A stretch of 64,000 bases of DNA from Elsinoe ampelina (taxonomy: Eukaryota). How positions within the stretch are numbered: position 1 is the stretch's first letter; the number at the start of each line of letters is the position of its first letter. Where the stretch lies: the NCBI GenBank assembly GCA_010093995.1, contig ML992517.1, forward strand, positions 76,677 to 140,676, in the 5' to 3' direction. This document shows, piece by piece, positions 13,634 through 26,164 of the stretch. The notes beneath the pieces were generated by a model. The model saw only the letters and a list, made by a program, of their open reading frames with translations. It did no database searches and was not told the DNA's origin. The position numbers were made by a program, and so were the translations under genes.

Positions 13634-16600
13634 ATGGCTTTTCCTCCACGCAGTACTGCCGAGAGGCCAAAGAGCTTGATATTCAAGCAACCAGACGATA
13701 ATTCCTTCTACCAGTATCCCACACCGCTTTCTCCGGTTAGGAATCTCGCGTCGAGAGGACCCACTCAGGCTCCGACTTCCAACGATGTCAGGAATAGCTT
13801 GCAGAGGAGGTTTACAACCAATGCTCTGCCGAGTCTGGCACCAATTGGAGAGAAGAGGCAACCCAATGGGCAAGCACAAGGAGAGGGACAAATCCAGAAT
13901 AACGTGAGTCGAGAACAATCTTCCTCGTCCAAACGCCATACAGTCCAGCGCCTCAGGGCTTGCGCCTACAGTCATTCCGAGCTGCTGGCTGCCTTTCTGC
14001 GTAGCTCAGGCCACCTGATCGCGGGCATGCCAAGCCTCAATTGAGACGACGCTTGCTGAAGGGAATAAGAGCAAAACCCAAGAAAACATGACTGACCGTT
14101 TCTTTCAGGGCTACAACGCGAACAGAATGAGTATGGTAAGTGAAATTTCGGTCTTGAACACCTAGGAGAGTGACAGGCTCGTGGCTTGCAACCCAACTCG
14201 TCGAGTAGCCGAACAAGCTATGCGGCTCAAGGGGCGCTGTGAAACTTTACAAGCCGCCGACCTGTAGGCTGTAGGGGATGGAAATGGAGGACGTGACGAT
14301 CGAGTATGAGAACCGTGGACTGACCTGTGGTAGACCGAAAAGCGTGCCCGCCAGTATGAGGCACTATTGCAACAACAGCGCCGCATTCAAGCAGAGATGG
14401 CCATGATAGATCCAGAGACCAGGCGTGAAGTAGACGAAGCGCAGGCGCTTCAGCAAGATATCAATCTCTTCACCGCTGGCGTTCTTGCTGATCCAGGCAC
14501 TCCGCCAGACAACCAGTCCAGCAACTCGCAATTGAACCCACCTTTCAACAATCGATTCTCAACTTCCACTCTGGCATCGCCTGGGTTCTCGGCTCGTCAA
14601 TCCCGATCCGGCTCGCAGATGACATCTCCTCCCTCGGAATACGCCAACCCTTATTTCCCTAGCCAAACTCTTCCTTCACAGAGCGTCCCAAATTCACAAC
14701 GCAATTCCGCCCACGAAGAGAGCGACGACGATTACAATTTCGCTTTCACAAGTGTTCGCCCGAAAGCTGGAGCCAAGTATGTCCCCTCCCCAAGTTCTTT
14801 GTCGCGCTTCGTCGTCGATTGCCCCTGGCTTGCTGTCCCAGCTCAACTTCACGTTTGACCCAAGCATGTGAAAACACATGTTACGTCGTCAATAATCACG
14901 CTACTTGAAGAGTTTTCACAGCCTCATTTCCCCTCTTCCTGCTTCCATCTTCTTCCATCACACCTCCTATTTCACCACTGACAGAATTCAGCCCAAATCG
15001 CAACTCCATGCCAGTGAACTCGAACTACTCTACTACAAGCTTTTCTCCAAATCTTAATCCAGTCAACGGGACTAGTTTTCCCTTCGGCGACGACGAGGGC
15101 AGGAGATCTAAACGATCGAGCGCAATTCTTACGGCTTCACCAGACTCCAAAACCTTCCTTGCACTTCACCAAACCGACGACAAATTTCCCATCCTTGTAC
15201 GCCGCGGTACAGATACATTGACTGCATTTTCTGGACCTGTTACACCTCTCGAAATGTCTGAAGAATCAAGTGAGTATCCCCGCACTGATCGTTCTGTCGC
15301 CGCCCGCCATCGTCAGAGCTTGCCACCAAGCGCCATCCGCAACTCTTCCGCTTTTGAGGGCGCCTCACTCGACAGCATCCTCTCCATGTCCGACGCCACT
15401 ACTGCCAAGAACACCGCCGCCAACCGCCGCTCCATGGAGGTCAAATTCAGCGGTCTCGGTGAGACCAAGCGTCCAGGCCTCCTGGTCTCACCCCAGAAGA
15501 ATGGTGCGAACGGCAACCCAAAGGTATCGGCTTCATACTCTACCAACGACATCCCCACTCTCAAGAGTATCAGCTCCATCAGTCATGATAGCAAGAACAA
15601 CAGCGCTGTACAGACTCCAGCCGAGGAGTTCCCACAGCCGGTGCAGCCGCAGGCGGCCAACTTCTCAAAGCCTCTCCCACAGGGGCCACCCACTTCAGCT
15701 CCCCAGAGCTATTTCAACCAGGACAACGAGAATCCTTACCGTGCTCCTGCCCACATCCCAGGTCCTGTCGGTCCCATCTTTACAGGTCCAAACATGTTCA
15801 GGGATGCTCTTGCTGCATCGGGACAAGCCGTGCCAACCCCCTACCCTCCCCAGACTCAATACCAGAATGGTTTCAACATGGATTCGCTGTCCAACGCGCT
15901 CGGAGGTATGGGCTTGGGCGGTCCTCGTCAATCTCACCAGTCTCAATACCAAGCTCCGTCTCAGCCATATGCTGGCTATCCTGGATACGGGTCTTACGGC
16001 GGTCATAGTGGCAACAACCGCTACTCTGATTCTCTTGGCTATGGTGGTCGTGGTCCGCCTCACCGCGACAGTAAGTGTATATCCCAATTACCCCATCGCA
16101 CAGCTCCTAACCGTTTCGCAGGATCTGACCCAATCATGCAAGCTCGTCTTCAGGACTTGCACGGCGAGATCTACGGTTTGTGCAAGGATCAGCATGGTTG
16201 TCGCTTCCTACAGAAGAAGCTTGAAGAGCGCAACCCCGAGAATGTCCGTCTCATCTTCGAGGAGACTATTCCACACGTTGTCGAGCTTATGACCGGTATG
16301 ATACCTCACACTTCCCTCTCAACTACATCTGACATTCCCACAGACCCTTTCGGCAACTACCTCTGCCAGAAGCTGCTTGAATACTCCAACGACGAGCAGC
16401 GTACCGCTCTCGTACAGGCTGCCTCCAAGCACATGGTCAGAATTGCCCTCAACCAGCATGGCACTCGTGCTCTGCAGAAGATGATCGAGTTCGTCAACAG
16501 TCCTGAGCAGATCGCCATGGTTACTGCCGCTCTCGAGAACGAGGTTGTCCCTCTCATCCAGGATCTGAACGGCAACCACGTCATCCAGAAGTGTCTCAAC

Positions 16601-17518
16601 CACCTCAAGCAGCAGGACGTCCAATTCATCATCAACGCTGTGTGCGGCCACGTCGTCATTGTCGGTACTCACCGTCATGGCTGCTGTGTCCTTCAACGCT
16701 GCGTCGATCATGCTTCCGGAAAGCAGAAGGCGCAGATTGTGGCTGCCATCACGCATCACATCTTCTCTCTGGTCCAGGATCCTTTCGGGAACTACGTCGT
16801 CCAGTACATTCTCGACCTCAACGAGCCACTGTTCACGGAGCCCATTTGCGCCCGTATGGTCGGAAGCGTCTCAGCCCTTGCTCGTCAGAAGTTCAGCTCC
16901 AACGTGATCGAGAAGGGAATTCGTACCTCCAGCGACGCTCTCCGTCGTGATCTCGTCCAGGAGATGATCGACTCTGCTGAGCTGTCCAGGATGCTTCGTG
17001 ACTCCTTCGCCAACTACGTCGTCCAGACCGCCATCGACTACGCTGATGATGACCAGAAGGAGGCTCTCATCGAGGAGGTCCGTCCTCTCATGCCTGCCAT
17101 CCGTCACACCCCTCATGGTCGTCGTATTCAGGGCAAGATCCAGGAGCACGACATCATGCGTGGTGCTGCACCCATGTCCAGCTACAGCGGTGAACCTCAC
17201 ATGTTTGGTCAGGCCGATGCTGGAGTCCGTCCGCGGTTTAATCAGCCGAAGATACCAATGAACTTCGCTCCTCCCAATCAAGCTCCGGTGTCTCACTACA
17301 ACGGCTATACCACTGCTGGTGCTGCAGCAGGTGGTCCTGGTGGTTCTGCTACTGTTGGTCTCAATGGTGCTTCTACCGGTCCTCCTTCTGGCCCACCAGC
17401 TGGATACCCATTCACCAATGGGAATGCTCGTTTCCCCGGCTGGCCTCCGATGAGTCGTGGTGGCCCTGCTCATGGTGGTCCAAACGGCGGCCCTCCCCAC
17501 AATGGCAATGCATTCTAG
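13634..17518 (+). CDS. Pumilio (PUF) RNA-binding protein, Puf4/Mpt5-like (exons 13634-13903, 14109-14135, 14334-14776, 14992-16070, 16122-16295, 16344-17518)
   Basis: Pumilio repeats (CKDQHGCRFLQK, DPFGNYLCQK, LNQHGTRALQK, DLNGNHVIQK, HRHGCCVLQR, DPFGNYVVQY, QKFSSNVIEK, DSFANYVVQT); all five proposed introns have GT, a CTRAC/CTAAC branch and YAG, and keep the frame. Confidence 0.9.
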
Positions 17519-18581
17519 AGAAATAAACATTACTCGGAACGCTTCGCCACCGTCGACTCCAGCAAGTATGCTCCTTCGACCACTAATACAGCCTTGATTT
17601 TACGCCTTCTTTCATGAATCATCATCATCGAGTCTATGAGGACTCTGGCGTCCTTGCACATGGTATGGCGAGGTCATCTGCTTTTCACAGCACAACATGC
17701 GTTGATGACCTTCGCAACGAAAATCATGAAATACGGGAGAGCTCTCAGTCGCCTCCTTTTCGCCTTCTCGGGCGTACTGCATCACACTACAACCACATAC
17801 ATCAGCATGGCTCTCCTCATCAATGACTTGAGCTGGGTTCAAGCCTCATGGAGAGCTTTTCTCTTCAGACAAATACTTCCACTGGATTCTGCGTTTCCTT
17901 CTGCTTTCGACAATACGCCCAACTAAACATCAACAAAATCACATGACGGCGCTCTAATTTCCAATGGCTTTTTTCCACAATCAACCACACCGAGAAATGT
18001 TGTACTTTTACATACAAGCAGATCTCCAAAGCATCAACGACTTGGTGCATCATGAGATCTGCAATGAACAAAAGTCTGGCATCTCGTGTGGCTCAATGCC
18101 ACGCAGATGATCCAGGATGAGATGTACTTTATTCAAAGCTTTCGATGAGATTCTGCTCTTCTATGTAGTCTAGTCTCAAATCAAAGTGGTCATAATATAT
18201 TGAGTGCACTAATTGAAACCTTGGGTGATGTAGAATCGATGTTGATATACTCCCTGACCTTTCGACCATGCCGCCGACCGGGCGATGATCTTGAGCGTCT
18301 GCACAAATGGCGCTAGCATGACTCGAGCAGTTTGCTCTGGCAGACTTTCCGACCTCAGCTTTTGCACGCCAGAACCACCCCACCACATCACCTCCATCGA
18401 CATCTAGCACTTCACGCGGTAGATTAGATCCTTCGCTGCCGTCGCATGGTCTCACTGGACTACTATCAATCTCCACAGCATCGATCTTCAGGTCATCGTG
18501 ACTCGTCCGTCTCACAAGGGTTCCTCCACGCTCCAAATTTACTGGATGAGCCGCCACTCGTGATCTGGGACAACGATCACC

Positions 18582-20465
18582 ATGTCGAGCGCCGTAGCGA
18601 ACGGCGTCAATGGCGCGAATAGTGTAGCTGGAGGCAAGAACAAGGCAAAGGACAAGAACGCATACCGGAGAGCGAAGAAGAAGGCAGAAAAGGCAGGGAA
18701 TAAAGTGGTGAGCGCGCAGAGTCAAGACTTTGCAAAGCTCGCAGCACTGACGGCTATCTTACAGAATGGAGCATCAAAAGAAGCATCTGCAGCACAGCCC
18801 GAGACTAGCACACCGGCGCCGACCACAAATGGTAACCCAACTCAACCGGTTGAAAAGCAGCAAGAAAATGACGCCTCCACAAGGTTGATTAAGAACGAGC
18901 CCAACGAGGATGTCTCATATGAGGAGTTTGATGTGACCTCGGACGATCCTCTTTACTCACAATTCGCCGATGTCTTTTCGAGATTCAAGCAGAATGCGGA
19001 GCAGGACAGCGTGGGTGAGGTCAAGACCGAGGAGAAGCCAAAGGTGTTCTTCGGAGACGACGACAATGAGGTACCGGATGAGGAAGAGGAAGCTGAGGCT
19101 GAAAGATTATCAAAAAAGAAGCGCAAGCAGCAGAACAAGCTCTCTGTCGCAGAGCTCAAGGCTGTTGTTCGTCGACCTGAGCTGGTGGAGTGGACGGACA
19201 CTTCTGCACCAGATCCAAAACTGCTGGTATCGCTCAAAGCCTGCCGTAACGCTGTTCCGGTACCGTCACACTGGTCCCTCAAGCGCGAGTATCTCTCTTC
19301 AAAACGTGGTATCGAAAAGTCACACTTTGCATTGCCGAAGTTCATCGCGGATACTGGCATTTCGGAAATGCGGGATGCTGTCTTGGAGAAGGAGAATGAG
19401 AAGTCACTTAAACAGAAGCAGCGCGATCGGGTCCAACCCAAGATGGGCAAGCTCGATATCGACTACCAGAAACTCTACGAGGCATTCTTCAAGCATCAGA
19501 CGAAACCGGAACTCACGCGCTATGGTGAAGTCTACTATGAAGGCAAAGAATACGAGACGAATCTGCGACATCTCCGTCCTGGCGAGCTGAGCGATGAGCT
19601 TCGAGAAGCACTCGCCATGCCACCTGGCGCACCTCCACCATGGCTGATCAACATGCAACGCTTCGGTCCACCTCCTAGTTACCCCTCCCTCAAGATCGCC
19701 GGTCTCAACGCTCCCCCGCCACCTGGCGCGCAATGGGGCTTTCACCCTGGTGGATACGGGAAGCCTCCTGTAGACGAATACAACCGGCCTCTCTACGGTG
19801 GCGACATCTTCGGCACCGCCATGACCGAAGCACCCGCTCCCGAGGGCGCACCCATCGAGCGATTCCACTGGGGTGAGCTCCAACAGCGCGAGGAGGAGGA
19901 AGAAGAGGAAGAAGAAGAAGCCGAAGAGGAGGAAGAGGAAGAAGAAGACGAAGACGACAAAGACCTCCCACCAGCCTACGACCGCGCCGGTCTCGCCTCG
20001 TCCGCCCCCACCGACGTCGGCGGAGCAGAGAGCATCGGCGGCGAATTCCTCCTCCGCAAAGACGGACGGTCCGGCGACGAAACCCCCGCGCGCAGCACAG
20101 GCCGGCAAGCGTACCAAGTCCTCGAGGAGAAAGGTATTCGCAACCAAGGCTTCTTCGGGGGCGACCGGGCGTACGATCTTAGCAAAGCGGACAGGCCGAT
20201 ACTGGGGCAGGAGTACAATACGGGGCGGAAGAGGAAGGCGCAAGGTGATGTGGAGGTCAGTGTGGATGTTGATGATCTTGAGGGCAAGGGGTTGAGTAGG
20301 AAGGAGATGGAGAGGAGGTATGAAGAGGGGAGGAGGGAGGATGGGCAGTGGAAGGGGAAAGTGGATCAGGATGATTTGAGTGATATGATTGCTGAGGAGG
20401 GGAGGAAGAGGATTAAGAAGGATAGGGAGGATATGGAGAGGAGGAGGCAGGGGAGGGGGAGGTGA
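18582..20465 (+). CDS. SF3B2: Splicing factor 3B subunit 2 (SAP145/Cus1)
   Basis: LSVAELKAVVRRPELVEWTD, VPVPSHWSLKREYLSSKRG, KMGKLDIDYQKLYEAFF, PPWLINMQRFGPPPSYP, WGFHPGGYGKPP; probable in-frame intron 18708-18764. Confidence 0.95.
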   Translation: MSSAVANGVNGANSVAGGKNKAKDKNAYRRAKKKAEKAGNKVVSAQSQDFAKLAALTAILQNGASKEASAAQPETSTPAPTTNGNPTQPVEKQQENDASTRLIKNEPNEDVSYEEFDVTSDDPLYSQFADVFSRFKQNAEQDSVGEVKTEEKPKVFFGDDDNEVPDEEEEAEAERLSKKKRKQQNKLSVAELKAVVRRPELVEWTDTSAPDPKLLVSLKACRNAVPVPSHWSLKREYLSSKRGIEKSHFALPKFIADTGISEMRDAVLEKENEKSLKQKQRDRVQPKMGKLDIDYQKLYEAFFKHQTKPELTRYGEVYYEGKEYETNLRHLRPGELSDELREALAMPPGAPPPWLINMQRFGPPPSYPSLKIAGLNAPPPPGAQWGFHPGGYGKPPVDEYNRPLYGGDIFGTAMTEAPAPEGAPIERFHWGELQQREEEEEEEEEEAEEEEEEEEDEDDKDLPPAYDRAGLASSAPTDVGGAESIGGEFLLRKDGRSGDETPARSTGRQAYQVLEEKGIRNQGFFGGDRAYDLSKADRPILGQEYNTGRKRKAQGDVEVSVDVDDLEGKGLSRKEMERRYEEGRREDGQWKGKVDQDDLSDMIAEEGRKRIKKDREDMERRRQGRGR

Positions 20466-20949
20466 GTAGTTATTGAGGGATGCTTCTCGGTTTTGGCATG
20501 GGATGTGGTGCAGAGGATGAAGGGTGACGGACTCTCGATCTGCAGAGGAGGCTGCGGCAGAAGGGATGCCATCCGTGGGTTCGGGATGAGGTGTATGATA
20601 CCAGACAGGAGTAGTAAAGCACGTTACGCAGCATATGCAGATTTGTGGGCATGAAAGAGCTTTGTCACAAGTCGACCCTTGGAGGGCAGGAGAGCTTTAC
20701 TAATAAGGCTTCGGATGCGGAAAAGATCCCGCGGACGTGGTTCCACTTTGCTGACCATGACCACAGCTTTGCCACCCACCTCAGGGCTCAGACCTGCCTC
20801 TTCTTCCTATGCATTTTATGCATAACCCTGCGTCAACTACTAAAGACAAAGGTGAGTCTACAACTTCTGCTGCACCACGTAAGAACAAATTCCACGACAT
20901 TCTTCTTCTCCCGTTCACGTCCAAGCACCCATCCATCTCCCTTTCGGGA

Positions 20950-22257
20950 CTATAGTCTCGACATCATCTCTTTCCGCGGACCAATGTATCCCAGGAGGTA
21001 TGCTGCCACTTTTCGCATCTGTATCTCCTCGCTGCCTTCTGTGATTCTGTATCGTCGGTGGTGCCTCCAGATGTGCTCGAAAGGGAGATGTCGACTGTAT
21101 CCCCATCCGCCGTGGACTTGTATCGCCCTGTCCGCCGCCTCGCAACACAGCCGGTTTGCCCAGTAGTTACACATGCTGACCTTGTCGCCAAGCTCCTTTT
21201 CGACTTCGACATGGTCCATTTGATCCATTTCCCATGCAGTCTTTCTGATCAACAACCTCAACATCTCACACTGCGTGGCCAATTCGACCAACGGGAACTG
21301 GATTGCTTGGTTTTCTCCGAGGGCTTTCCCAAACGGCTTTCTCTTCCTCGCATACTTCAGACTCTCCTCAACGCAGTACACCGCCGCCCCCAAGCTACTC
21401 GCCGCCTGCCTGATCCGATTCTCATGCACAAACGCCTGCGCCACCGCCAACCCCTCCCCCACACCACCCAGTACCGAATCCTCCGGCACCCACACATCCT
21501 CAAACCTCACCGTAGCATGATCCGTCGGCATATTCAACGTCCACTCATACCCCTCGACCACGACCCCCTCCGCCTCCCTCGGCACAACAAAACACGTCAC
21601 CCCCTTGGCCTCCCCATCCTTTCCCCCCGTCCTCGCAAAAACAAAACAATGCGTCGCCCTATGCATTCCCGTCTGCCACATCTTCCTGCCGCTCACCCTC
21701 CATCCCTTCTTCCCCCCTTTCTCCTCTCTCACCCCCCTCGTCTCCATAAACGTAGCATCACTCCCATGCCCCGGCTCCGTCAACCCAAACGTGATCCTCA
21801 CCCGCCCCTCCAGCCTCCCCTCGATGAGCTCCCTCTTCTGCGCCTCGGTCCCGAAATGCAACACCATGACCACATCCGGAAAGTTCCCCACCACGCTGTG
21901 CTCGTTCTGGAGATCATTCGCCAACCCCAGCCCCCGCGCGGCCAAATGCTCCCGTATGACCGCCATCCACAGATTCGCCCCCCGTCCTTGGGAGGTGTTT
22001 CGTCCCCCGTAGCGCACGGGGAGGGAAAAGCGCCAGAAGCCCGCGGCGTCGGAGAGCTGGACGGCTTGGCGCAGCAGGGCTTCCCATTCTGGGCGGGGGA
22101 GGCCGGCGTTGTCCCAGTCTGTGCGGGCGTGTTCGCGGCGGTGGTCGAAGAAGCGGTTGTTGGTGGAGGTGTGTTGGAGGGGGAGGATTTGGGTGGTGAT
22201 GAAGGTGTCGAGGGAGGTGAGGTAGGTGGTGAGGGAGGGGGGGAGGGAGAAGTTCAT
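20950..22257 (-). CDS. Acyl-CoA dehydrogenase with C-terminal peroxisomal signal (-SRL)
   Basis: FGLTEPGHGSDA, GRKMWQTG, RKPFGKALGENQAIQFPL, AIQVHGGWGYS, RITEGSEE; first ATG at 22257; ends MMSRL* (PTS1). Probable 5'UTR intron 22285-22336 (GTAAGC..CAG). Confidence 0.92.
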   Translation of the reverse strand: MNFSLPPSLTTYLTSLDTFITTQILPLQHTSTNNRFFDHRREHARTDWDNAGLPRPEWEALLRQAVQLSDAAGFWRFSLPVRYGGRNTSQGRGANLWMAVIREHLAARGLGLANDLQNEHSVVGNFPDVVMVLHFGTEAQKRELIEGRLEGRVRITFGLTEPGHGSDATFMETRGVREEKGGKKGWRVSGRKMWQTGMHRATHCFVFARTGGKDGEAKGVTCFVVPREAEGVVVEGYEWTLNMPTDHATVRFEDVWVPEDSVLGGVGEGLAVAQAFVHENRIRQAASSLGAAVYCVEESLKYARKRKPFGKALGENQAIQFPLVELATQCEMLRLLIRKTAWEMDQMDHVEVEKELGDKVSMCNYWANRLCCEAADRAIQVHGGWGYSRHLPFEHIWRHHRRYRITEGSEEIQMRKVAAYLLGYIGPRKEMMSRL

Positions 22258-23511
22258 GGTTTTGGGTGAGAGAAGTTGGGGAGGCTGATGTTCGGCTTCG
22301 AGAGGCAGGGTCACTGGATTCGGTCTGAATGCTTACGCATTCGGTATGGGACGAATTGGTGACGTCGAATACAGAGACGAGTGGCAATGAGAGGTAGTGT
22401 GATTGGATTCGACCTTGTCTCCTGATCTGACAAGATCTTATAGGGAGAGATTCAAGTCAATCAAACAACACACAGTCATACACTGGTGCTTCTGGAGACC
22501 TGATGTATGATAGAGATGTCCATGAGGAACAAGAGGAAGGTGTTTCCAGGACTTACATCTGATATGATGCCCTTCGCACCCCAAACCCCACATACAGTAT
22601 GCGGGGAAGCCATCGTTGACCGAGGTCTTCTTGAGTGCGATTTGTGAACATTACTTCTTTGCACTTTTCAGCCAACCTTCATCAAAGACTCAAAGGTCAA
22701 TTGGCTGACCGGGTCTGTGTCTCGTGGGGCCAGTCCCGGCCCTTGCTTCATACACGACTGCAGGAGGTGCAAACGGTGCAAACACTGCCAAGTACAGTTC
22801 TTGTCCTCGAGCTCTTCTCTGACCGCTCAGCGTCCCTCCTTGCACCTGCATTCCATCGCTTACCGTCACCTTGACCCTGCATTCCTGGCAAGGAAACAGT
22901 GGCCGTGCTGCCACAGTGTTGAAGTCTCACTGGCTCAGGAACATGTAGGTGGAATCGTGGCTGGCTGGTTGGAGACATCTTTTCGCCGACCCCGCCAATA
23001 TTGTATGCACGCCCGACGCCGGTCGACACAACCACAAGCAACGTTAGACCAATCATGCGTCCATCAATTACTGAAGGGTGCCATGTTGTTTCAGCTGGCT
23101 TGAGTTCGCCAGCATACCTTGTCTACCATGCAATCCGTGGTCTGACATAGTGTCACGATCAAGCTGTCAGCCTTACGAGACGCCACCACGAACGCCTCTA
23201 TCACAAACATCGCTCTACCTCACAGATCGGGCCATCTCACTGCAGTAACACTTTGCCTGTCACCCCAATCAGGTCGAAATGTTCGGACTCAACGCCCAAT
23301 TGGGCATGGGACGTCGCCAACGGGGACACACCAAATCTGTACCTCTTCTGCGTACCCCACTTTTCTGGCACGATGCTTGCATGGGTCGCATATCGTGGTG
23401 CATCGACTCTGCATATTGTGTTGCATCAACTAAACGGCCAGAACATCGGCACTCGATGCTGCATAGTCCACTCGTGCTGCCCTTTCACCGCAAGAGATGA
23501 CCGCCCTCGAG

Positions 23512-23519
23512 GTATAAAG
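23512..23519 (+). promoter_or_regulatory. Probable TATA box of the lipoxygenase gene
   Basis: GTATAAAG about 80 nt upstream of ATG 23593, followed by a pyrimidine-rich tract. Confidence 0.45.
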
Positions 23520-23592
23520 GTTCGTCGACAGTCCTCTTTCCCTTCGTCTCTATCACACTCACTCAAGCTCTTCTTTTTACATTGCTTTGAAC

Positions 23593-25854
23593 ATGGCTCC
23601 CGGAGCAATCACTGAAGATACTACCCACAATGAGACCAACGCCAGGTCCAAGTACATCTCATCGGCCAAGGCTGGAATCGTCTCCAACCAGCTTGGTAAA
23701 GTCCCACGCTTGGTGCATTGGGATGCCGGACTCTTCGAGTCTGAGCTGATTGCCAACCAAGTCACACCTCGTGCTTTGCCAGTCAAAGCTGGTGAGACCC
23801 ATGACAATCTCATCGTCCCTGACGAAGATGTGCCCGATCCAGTCCCGCGTGGGTCTTTTGGAGGAACCCAGAAGGCCCTGACAGAAATGTACAAGAGAGG
23901 CGAAGAGAGGTATGTTCATATTTTTGCATCATAACGACTTATCATTGACAAAGTCAGCTTTGCCGCCTACTTTGACGTTGCTCATTTCGAGACTGCGATC
24001 CCACGACCCCTTGCCCTGAAAGACAAGAGAGATATCTACACCTACCAGAAGCCATGGGCTGATGCCTATCCTCCTCACCTCAACTTGATCCCGCCCAAGG
24101 ATGAAGTGCCTTTGACCCAGATCTTCAACAAGATGAGGCTGCTTGACACCAGCTCTCTTCTTTCCCAGCTCATCCCAGATTTTGTGTACGACTTCATCCA
24201 CAGTGACCCGGAATCTGACACACTTGCCGGTCTTGGGAAGCGAAACAAGGAGCTTCGCGCCGAGAAAAAAGACATCTACACTGATCCCAACATTGGTGAT
24301 CGGGATGATTGGTACACAGACCGCATCTTCGCCCAGCAGCACTTTACTGGTACCAATCCCATGACCATTCAAGTCATCTCCGACAAGCTCTTGGATGAGT
24401 TCAGGCACGCAGCTCAAGCCCAGAAGAATGATGCTGTCCTTCATCACCTGGAGTTGACGGACAGGAAGAATCTGTTTGTGCAGGACTACAGCTACTACAG
24501 AGAGGCCGTCAAAATTGCCCCCGATGCTCCTCTCGAGTCTGTCAAAGATGCTGGATGGCTCCGCCGCATCCAAGGTGTCTTCTCGAGTGATATCAGGAAC
24601 GATGATGCAGTCCGTCATTCCGCAGCATCAGTCTGCCTCTTCACCCTCGACGAGAAGTCCGGTCAGATCCATCCCCTGGCGATCGTCATTGACTACCTGG
24701 GCTCGATGGCAAACTCGGTCGTGATCTTCAACCCAAAAGTCACACCCACATCGAACGTTCCCAACTACGACGAGTCTGTCAACTGGCCCTGGCGCTATGC
24801 CAAGATCGTCGTCCAATCTTGCGACTGGACCAGGCATGAAGTCACTGTCCACCTGACCAACACTCACTTTGTTGAAGAAGCCACCATTGTCGCTTCACAA
24901 CGCTGCTTCGCAGACGACCATCCAGTCTATGCTCTGCTCAAACCTCACTGGCTAAAGACCCTTTCCCTCAACGCCGGCGCCCGCTCTATCCTCGTCCCAA
25001 GCGTCATCTCCAAAATCGCCGGCCTGGAAACCGGTCAAGTCCAAGAATTCATCAAACATGCTTACACCAACTTCGACTGGGAAGCCAACTACGTCCCCAA
25101 CGATCTCGCCCGCCGCGGCTTCCCCGTCGATGAGATCAAAGCAGCCGACACCGACCACCCTCGCTTCAGGAAATACACCTACGCCCGCAACATGATCGAA
25201 ATGTGGGAGACGCTCCACACCTTCGTCTCCAGCATGCTCACCATCGACTACCCCACCGACGCCTCGGTCGCGGCCGACACCTGCCTCCAAGACTGGGCGA
25301 CCGAAATGCGCGCCAACTACGGGGGCAACCTGCCCTCGTTCCCGCGCCACTTCACGACCATGTCCAGCCTCGTCGACGCAGTGACCATGTGCATCCACCT
25401 CGCCTCCCCGCAGCACACGGCCGTCAACTACGTGCAGGAATACTACCAATCCTTCGTCGTCAACAAACCGCCCTGCCTATCCCAACCACCCCCGAAAACC
25501 CTCGCCGCCCTCCTCGCGTACCGCGAACCCGACATCATGAAGGCTCTCCCCGTCAACGCGCCCCGCACCTGGCTGCTGGCCTCGCATCTCCCGCACCTGT
25601 TGAGTTTCAAGGTCGCGCAGGACCAGAACCTAGTCACGTACGCGAAGAGTCTGCAGGTGTTGGCTAGGCAGAAGATGATGGTGGGAGGGGAGGAGAGGGA
25701 GAGGAGGACGAAGGAGGCGGCGGATGGGTTGTTGGATGGGTTGGTTCGGTTGACGGCGAGGTTTGCGGAGAGGAGTGAGGAGTTGGAGAGGGGGGGCGAT
25801 GTTAGGTATGATGTTATGGATCCGGTTATGACTGCTGTTTCGATTTTGATATAA
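23593..25854 (+). CDS. Lipoxygenase, iron-type, no signal peptide (exons 23593-23909, 23958-25854; ~737 aa)
   Basis: FAQQHFTGTNP, WRYAK, HEVTVHLTNTHFVEE (His ligands), HPVYALLKPH, LNAGARSIL, QHTAVN, C-terminal VSILI; intron 23910-23957 GTATGT..CAG. Confidence 0.95.
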
Positions 25855-26164
25855 GCAAGGGGGGATTGAAAGGGGAGGAGGGACTGCATGTGGACCTGGT
25901 GGTGTGGTGGAGGAAGGTACTATCAGCTTGAGTATACGCTGGTGATGATGAGAAATTGCGGATGGTGTGGTTGGTAGTAAAAGCAGGAAGCTCGTCGTCG
26001 GCTTTCCTGGTTTGAGATTTGGTTTGTATTCAATGTGGCAAGCCTTCTACATCCAGCTCTGGATCTCCTGAACGCTTTCTCCTTCCATTGAGGTTGTGCT
26101 TGCGCTCGTGAGAGTGCCAAATCTTGACTCTGGACAGGCGCTGATGCGTTCAGATACCTCCCAC

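Noticed and set aside
21058..22269. 403-aa antisense ORF over the ACAD gene, and similar long shadow ORFs over the antiporter, SF3B2, MAK10, MetE-like and FAD2 genes
   Set aside because: Low-complexity Pro/His/Arg-rich translations explained by codon bias and local C/G skew of the real gene on the other strand or frame.
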